Positions 57,061 to 64,000 of a stretch of DNA of 64,000 bases are shown here, piece after piece. The number at the start of each line of letters is the position of its first letter. The first letter of the stretch is position 1. The position numbers were made by a program, and so were the translations under genes. The stretch comes from the human T2T-CHM13v2.0 reference genome, Homo sapiens: assembly GCF_009914755.1 (NCBI RefSeq), contig NC_060926.1. One strand, written 5' to 3'. Below the pieces are notes generated by a model. It searched no databases, had not been told where the DNA came from, and saw nothing but the letters and a program-made list of their open reading frames with translations.

Positions 57061-58639
57061 ACTATGTGTGCCTAACTATGACCTTAAGCACCAAAAATTT
57101 CTTAATAATATGTCTTATGAAAATCAAACACAGTGTTTTCTCCTGATGATGTAGTGCTTGGTGTCCTGAATGCATTAACAAAATCTAAAGCCTTCCTGAA
57201 AGCCAGATCTTTGCAAATCTTGATATACTAAATGTGTTCTTGCTTAATTCATTTATTTACTTAATAGAAACTTGATTGCTCCCCAGGTTTTCAGCATCTA
57301 GCTGAGAACAGTTTAGCGGATGATCAATCCGCTCAATCTATACATTACTTCAAGTATTTCAAAAATGTATGGCAAGATTTTTGAGAAGTTATAAAAATCA
57401 ACATAAAGGTTCTCTTTTAGTAAAAATTACAATCATGAATATAGCTTATAGAGTTTTGAGTCTGATCATTTTTAAGCCAAATTCACATATTTTGAGATCA
57501 TTTTAATACTTTAAAGAGAATATATTAAGAATTAAAATTTGCTCAAATATTCTATGTGCATAAAGGAAATTTAGACAGGTTTTCTATAATGATTGGAGGA
57601 AAAAAACGGCTCTACCCTCCAGTGGGTGGAGCCCTGAGGAACAGCTCAGCTCCAGGCAATTAAGCACTTACGGACTGAAAAGGAAACTTTGGAAACTCAT
57701 TAATTTTTATTAGTAAAACCAAAGGGATATTTCACAATAAAATGGTAGGCTGTTGTAGACTCACAGCCAGGAAGTTTTAAGGCTTTGCTCTAAACTCCTT
57801 GACATCACAGGGACTTTGCCAGTCTTACTTTCAAGGTAAACATTTCAGAACCCTCAGCTCTAGTTACAATCCCCCATTAGTAAAAGGCCATCTTCTCTGA
57901 GAGTCTTTTAAACTATGCATTTTTAACTACTCATTCTGCTCTGACATTATGTCTTTGCAATTCATATTTCCCATTCAGTCAATCTGTCCGAGGTGCCCCT
58001 ACTCCCAGATCAGCCAAAGTTTCTAAAATTATCCATCTCTCTCAGGAAAGTTTGGGTACAGAACCATTTATCTGCCAGTGCATGTTTGTGTGGAACCTGT
58101 ATTAATTGCCCAAGGGAGCTCCATTGAACCCCTTAGAGTTGTAAATTTTATGCTTACAAGAATTTCCTTCTCCTCCCTAATTGTACATGCTAGCTCATCT
58201 CTTCTTTCTTACTGCCAACACTGATGTCTTAGCTTTGACTCTATTTAGAGCTGGAAGAGAATGGCATGGAAATAAATTCAATTCTTGTCTCAGTTTTCCT
58301 AACACATTAAGTCTGTCACCCCCTTTTAGTGTGTGTTCAATCAGAATGTCTTAGGTCTCCATTTCTAATTGTTCGGGCAATGTATCCTCTAGTGCCTTCT
58401 ACCCTTAGGTTATTGAAGGAATGGAAAGTTTCTCTCCCCTGAGATCTGGGGCAACATTGTAATGATGGACAATGAAATTTGTGAGGATAGCCCAGAGTTG
58501 AACAATTTATGTGAGATAAAAATAGAGAACTTTGTAGTGTTTCTTTATCTGACAGAGAGGAGCAATCACTATTAATAAAGTTTACTTGTATGAATTATTC
58601 AAGGCTTTAATGAAACATTAGAAACTTAGAGAGACATAA

Positions 58640-58830
58640 TACTGTGGATTATACAGCTGGCCTTGGAGCCAATTGAGTAAGCTTTATAGTAAATGTAAGC
58701 CCATGGGCTAGCTGAATAACCTCTATATAAACCTTTTTTTTTTCTTCATTTATAATATGGGGATAATAATTCCTATTAAACCTTGTTTCAGTGTTGCTGT
58801 GGGAATCAAATGAAAATGCATTAAAATGTG
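58640..58830 (+). mobile_element. MIR
   Basis: MIR core (ttcttcatttataatatggggataataat...gttgctgtgggaatcaaatga). Confidence 0.6.
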
Positions 58831-59170
58831 AATTGAAATGTGAAAAGCATAACCAAATGGCAATTCAATAATACCATTAGATCCTGAAATTTGTCATGTT
58901 AAAAGAGGAATATGTATCACCAGAAAGAGCAGCTTTCCTTTAGAAAAATTAATTACTCTTCAATCAGATAGAGACTTACATCATTGTGGATGAGCAAGAA
59001 AGATGCATTGAATTGAAATCCATGTCAGTGGTAAATAAATTCAAAACTCATTTAATAGTTATATGAATAGGAGAGAGTGGTGTGGCTTCTCAAAGTCTCA
59101 GAGTTTTTATTTTTCATAAAATTAAGATTACTTGAGTATGTACTTTATAAAATTGTGAGAACTAAGTGAA

Positions 59171-59534
59171 TTTTATAGAATGAATGTTTGTGCCCCACCC
59201 CCCCAAATTCATATACTGAAAGCTAATCCCCATGGTGATATTAGAAGGTGGGGTCTTTGGAAGGTGATTAGGTCATGATAGCAGAGTCTTCATCAGTTAG
59301 ATTAGTGCCCTTATAAAAGAGTCCCAAGGAGCTTGTTCACCCCTTCTGCCATGTGAGGGCACATAGAAGTTGCCATCTGTGAGCAATGGACCCTCATCAA
59401 ACACTAAATCTGTTAGTGCCTTGATCTCAGACTTCCTAACATCCAGAACTAGCTTCCAGAACAATACATTCCTATTGTTTATAAATTATCCACTCTGAGG
59501 TACTTTGTTGTAGCAGCCTGAACAGATCAAGGCA
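59171..59534 (+). mobile_element. MLT1A0-like MaLR LTR
   Basis: gaatgtttgtgcccc...aaattcatatactgaa...gtagcagcctgaacagatcaaggca; perfect TSD gtgaa. Confidence 0.88.
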
Positions 59535-59969
59535 GTGAACTAACACATGCTTGACACAGTGCCTGACACATAGTACTCAAATAATAATTTGATATAATGC
59601 CAATTTGGCCACAGGAAGGAGACCATATAATTTAAAATACTTCACTGAAAAGAAAACATATTAAACCTTCAAACATGATTAAATTGCTTATTGGTTTGAA
59701 GCATGGTTAAAACAATTAGCTCCATGATTATTGGATTCAGTGTACTTTTTTTCCTTCCTCTAGCCAATAAAGTCATTAAATGGATAATTATTTTCCCAAT
59801 GCACTTACTTTTTTGTGTGTTTGTGTCAGACATTGAAAGTATAAAATTTAATAAAATTTGCCTCCTAATGTGGGATAATTAAAGGTTTCAGTGTAATTAT
59901 AGTATCTGAACTAAGCATCTTATTTTTTTGTTCTTAATATCAGTTTTTAAAATTGAGATATAATTCATA

Positions 59970-62520
59970 TAAGATAGTGGGTTGAATAGTGTATCTCCAA
60001 AATTCATGTCCACTTGAATCTCAGAATGTGACCTTATTTGGAAATAATCATTTGCGTATTTAAATAAATATGTGAAGATAAAATTATCCTGTATTTAGAG
60101 TGGGTCCTAAGTCCAGTGACTGATACCTTTTTAACAGAAAGGAGAAGGATGTTTGTTTGATGCACACAGTGATGATACCATATGAAAATGGAAGCAGAGA
60201 CTGGTGTCATGCTGCCAAAAGATATGGAAAACCAGGAGTCACCATAGGATGAAAGAGGCAAAGAAGGATTCTCCTATACTTTCAGAGCAAGTAAGGCCCT
60301 GACAACATTATGATTTTGACCTTCTGGACTTCAGAACTGTAGGAAAATGAATTTCTGTTATCTTAAGCCACTAAGTTGTGGTAAAAAGTTATGGCAACCC
60401 TAAAAAAATCTAATACATATTTTAGTACTGGGAAATGGGTTGCTGCTATAACAAATACCCACAAATATGTAAGTGGCTTTGGGATTGGGAAATAGATAGA
60501 AAGTGGAAGCATTTTTGGATGCATGATGAAAAGAGCCTAGATTGCATTGAAGAGAATGTTGACAAAACTATAGATAATATAGGCAGTACTGGTGAAGGCT
60601 CAGATGGGAATGAGGAGTATGGTAGGGAAAGCTGTTGTCTTAGAGAAAACACATATCATTGTAAACAAAATCATAGAAATATAAAGGTTAAAGGTATTTC
60701 TGGTGAGGTCAGACAGAAATGAGAAACATGTTATTGGACACTGGAGGAAAGGAGATTCTTGTTATAAAGTGAGAGAAAACTTGGCTTAATTACATTGTAC
60801 AGTTGGGTGGAAAGCAGAACTTGTAAGTGATACAATTGTATATATAGCTGAGGAGATTTCCAAGCAAGGTGTGGTCTGATTTCTCCTTTCTGTTTAGAGT
60901 AAAATGTGAAAAGGAAGAGATAAATTGAGGAAGGAACTGTTAAGCAAAAAGGAACCATCAATTTGAGACTTGTGAGTTCCTTGGTCTATCCAGATTTCAA
61001 AGGATGCTAAATTAGGAAATGTACTGTTGAGAAAGCATACTCTGGGGAGAATGCCAAGAATGTGGCTGGACAGCTGTCTTAGTCTGTTTTCTGCTGCTAT
61101 AACAGAATACCACAGACTGGGTAAGTTATAAACAACAGAACTTTATTTGGCTTATAACTCTGAAGGCTGGGAAGCTCAGGAGCACGGTACCAGCATCTGG
61201 TGAGGGTCATCCTATGGCAGAAGGAAAAAGGCAGAAGCTTGCATGCTAAACAGAAAAAGCAAAATGGGACCTGAAATATTCTTTTTGTAGAGAGTCTACT
61301 CCTGCAATAATTAACCCCCTTCTGAGACAAAGGCATCAATCCTTTCCTGAGAGTGGAACCCTCATGGCCTAATCACCTCTTAAAGGAACCATCTCTCTTA
61401 ATACTACTATAAAGACCATTATCTTTTCAACACATGAACTTTTGGAAGACACACCCAAACCATAGCAACAGCTTTTTGTTGAAAGATTAGTTGTATCACT
61501 CATGGATCCAATCAACCATTTTAGCAGAAAGCAGAAATACAGATGGGATTATTCAGAAAGGATCACTGGAAAACCATTTTGTTGAATTGTGTTTGTCTTC
61601 TTAACATATACATGAGGATCGGTTATTGAGAACATTATCCTGGGGGAAGCGGGAACACAAGGTGCACCTGGACTGACAGAGACAGAGCTAAAATAACAAA
61701 TGAAGGTAATTAGACTTTCAAAATTCTATAGGTAGAAAGCAGGCTGATAGAACTACTCAGCTGCCACATATATTTGGAATCAGGTCTCCTTTTTCTTGAA
61801 AAGGAGACCTGATTACAAAGATAAAGCCTTGGGCTCAGAGAATGAGGCTGCCACCACCACAGATTCAGAGGAAAGAGCATTAAGCCACAGAGGATTATTT
61901 TCAGGCTCTGAAACATAATAAAATTTGCTCTGTTAGGTTTCAGTCTTGCTTGGAACCAGTGACCCTTACTACTTCCAATATCTCCCTTTTGGAGTGGAAA
62001 TGTCTATCATATAACCATCCAACCATTGTATTTTGGAAGCAGAAAAGTTGTTTTCTAATTTTAAGAACTGGAGATAGAGAGGGATTTTGTCCCAAGATGG
62101 ATCATACACAAAGTGGAACCAATACCTGATTCAGATGAATTAGACAATGAGATTTGGAAATTAGTTAGCAGATGATGTTATATCAGATTTAGGAGTTAGA
62201 GTTGATGCTGGAATTAGTTAAGACTATTCAGGATATTGAGACAGGGTGAATGTGGCTTGCACATAGAAAAGTAAAGAATTTAGGAAGACAGAGGGCAACT
62301 TAGAGTGAGTTGAATAACATCTCCTCAAAATTCATGTTCATCCAGAATCTCAGGATGTAACTTTATTTGGAAATAGGATATTTACAGATTTAGGTAAGAA
62401 TCTCATGATAAACTATTCTAGATTATGGTGCACTCTAACTTTTGGTTTTGAATTTCTGGATTTAAGAACTGTGAGAAAATAAATTTCTGTTGTTTTAAGC
62501 CACCAAGTTGTATTAAGTCA
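59970..62520 (+). mobile_element. MLT1C-type MaLR with both LTRs (~59970-60416, ~62300-62520) and internal region
   Basis: Both LTRs start gttgaata..ctc.aaaattcatgt..a...gaatctcag.atgt.ac.ttatttggaaata; the internal part starts tattttagtactgggaa; the 3' LTR is cut by THE1B. Confidence 0.82.
61075..61467 (-). mobile_element. MSTB/MSTC-type LTR
   Basis: tgtcttagtctgttttctgctgctataacagaatacc...caaaccatagca; perfect TSD acagc. Confidence 0.9.
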
Positions 62521-64000
62521 TGATATGGTTTGGCTGTGTCCTCACCCAAAAATCATCTTGAATTCTAACTCCCACAATTCCCACATGTCAAGGGAGAAAC
62601 CAAATGGGAGGTGATTGAATTATGGGGGCAGGTCTTTCCTATGCTGTTCTTGTGATAATGAGTCTCACAAGATCTGATGGTTTTAAAAATGGGAGTTTCC
62701 CTACACAAGCTCTCTTTTTGCCTGTTGCCATTCATATAAGATGTGACTTGCTCCTCCTTGCCTTCCACCATGATTGTGAGGCTTCCCCAGCCACGTGAAA
62801 CTGTAAGTCCATGAAACGTTTTTCTCTTGCAAATTACCAGTCTCGGATATGTCTTTATCAGCAGTGTGAAAATGCACTAATACAATAAATTGGTACTGAG
62901 AGTTGGGTGCTGTTGGAAAGATACCCAAAAATGTGGAAGCAATTTTGGAACTGGATAACAGGAAAAGGTTGGAACGGTTTGGAGGGCTCAGAAGACAGGA
63001 AAATGTAGGAAAGTTTGGAACTTCCTAGAGACTTGTTGAATGGCTTTGACAAAAATGATGAGAGTGATATGAACTATAAAGCCCAGACTGAGGAGGTCCT
63101 AGATGGAGATCTGGAACTTGTTGAGAACTGGAACAAAGGTGACTCTTACGTTTTAGCAAAGAGACTGGTGGCATTTGCCCCTGCCTTAGAGATTTGTGGA
63201 ACTTTGAACTTGTGAGAGGTAATTTAGGGGATCTGGTGAAGAAATGTATAAATAGCAAAGCATTCAAGAAGTGACTTGGGCGTTGTTAAAGACATTCAGT
63301 TTTAAAAGGGAAGCAGAGCATAAAAATTTGAAAAATTTGTAGCCTGAAAACGTGATAAAAAAGAAAATCTCATTTTCTAAGGAGAAATTCAAGCCAGCTG
63401 CAGAAATTTGCATTACTAATGAGGAGCCAAATGTTAATCCCCAAGACAATGGGGAAAATGTCCCCAGGGCATGTCAGATGTCTCATAGCAGCCCCTCCCA
63501 TCACAGGCCCAGGGACACAGGAGGAAAAAATAGTTTTGTAGGCCAGGCCCAGAGTCCCCATGCTGTGTGCAGCCTAGGGACTTGGTGCCCTATGTCCCAG
63601 CTGCTCCAGTTGTGGCTGAAAGGGGCCAACATAGAGCTCAGGCCATGGCTTCAGAGGGTGTAAGCCCCAAGCCTTGGCAGCTTCCACACGTTGTGTTGAG
63701 CCTGTGAGTCCACAGAAGAATTGGGGTTTGGGAACCTCTGCCTAGATTTCAGAAGATGTATGGAAACACCTACATGCCCAGGAAGAAGTTTGCTTCAAGG
63801 GTGGGGCCCTCATGGAGAACCTCTGCTAGGAGGGAAATGTGGGGTTGGAGCCCCCACACAGAGTCCCTACTGGGGCACCACCTAGTGGAACTGTGAGAAG
63901 AGGGCCACTGTCCTCCAGACCCCAGAATTGTAGATCCACTGACAGCTTGCACCATTTATCTGGAAAAGCTGCAGATACTCAACACCAGCCCATGAAAGCA
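62521..64000 (+). mobile_element. THE1B-like LTR (62521-62884) plus THE1 internal sequence running off the window
   Basis: tgatatggtttggctgtgtc...ctaataca, then ataaattggtact..., ggagggctcagaagacaggaaaatg and other THE1-int text. Confidence 0.94.

Noticed and set aside
57315-57333. Small hairpin agcggat-gatca-atccgct
   Set aside because: 7-bp arms are expected by chance in 64 kb and there is no RNA-gene context.

Overview
Primate (human-like, hominoid-type LTR12C present) genomic DNA that is AT-rich and mostly interspersed repeats: L1PA/PB/MA/MB/ME, Alu, MaLR and ERVL LTRs, an ERVL-type provirus remnant, DNA transposons, L2/L3/MIR. I see no intact protein-coding gene. The main non-repeat feature is an old, decayed processed (intronless) copy of MDM2 at about 27.76-30.64 kb (+). 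It includes the P1 exon-1 5'UTR, the whole CDS to the RING domain and part of the 3'UTR. It carries two inserts at parental exon-exon junctions: one resembles the MDM2 'alpha' cassette exon, the other is unidentified. It is preceded by a perfect NRF1 palindrome and E-boxes, and a same-strand solo LTR12C ends about 360 bp upstream. The window also holds several DNA-repair and retrotransposition scars: a 127-bp inverted templated insertion, a half-MADE1 joined to a locally copied patch, a telomere-like insert in MER2 and twin-primed L1s. All family and gene identifications come from remembered consensus or mRNA sequences and need BLAST/RepeatMasker confirmation. Boundaries of old repeats are approximate.
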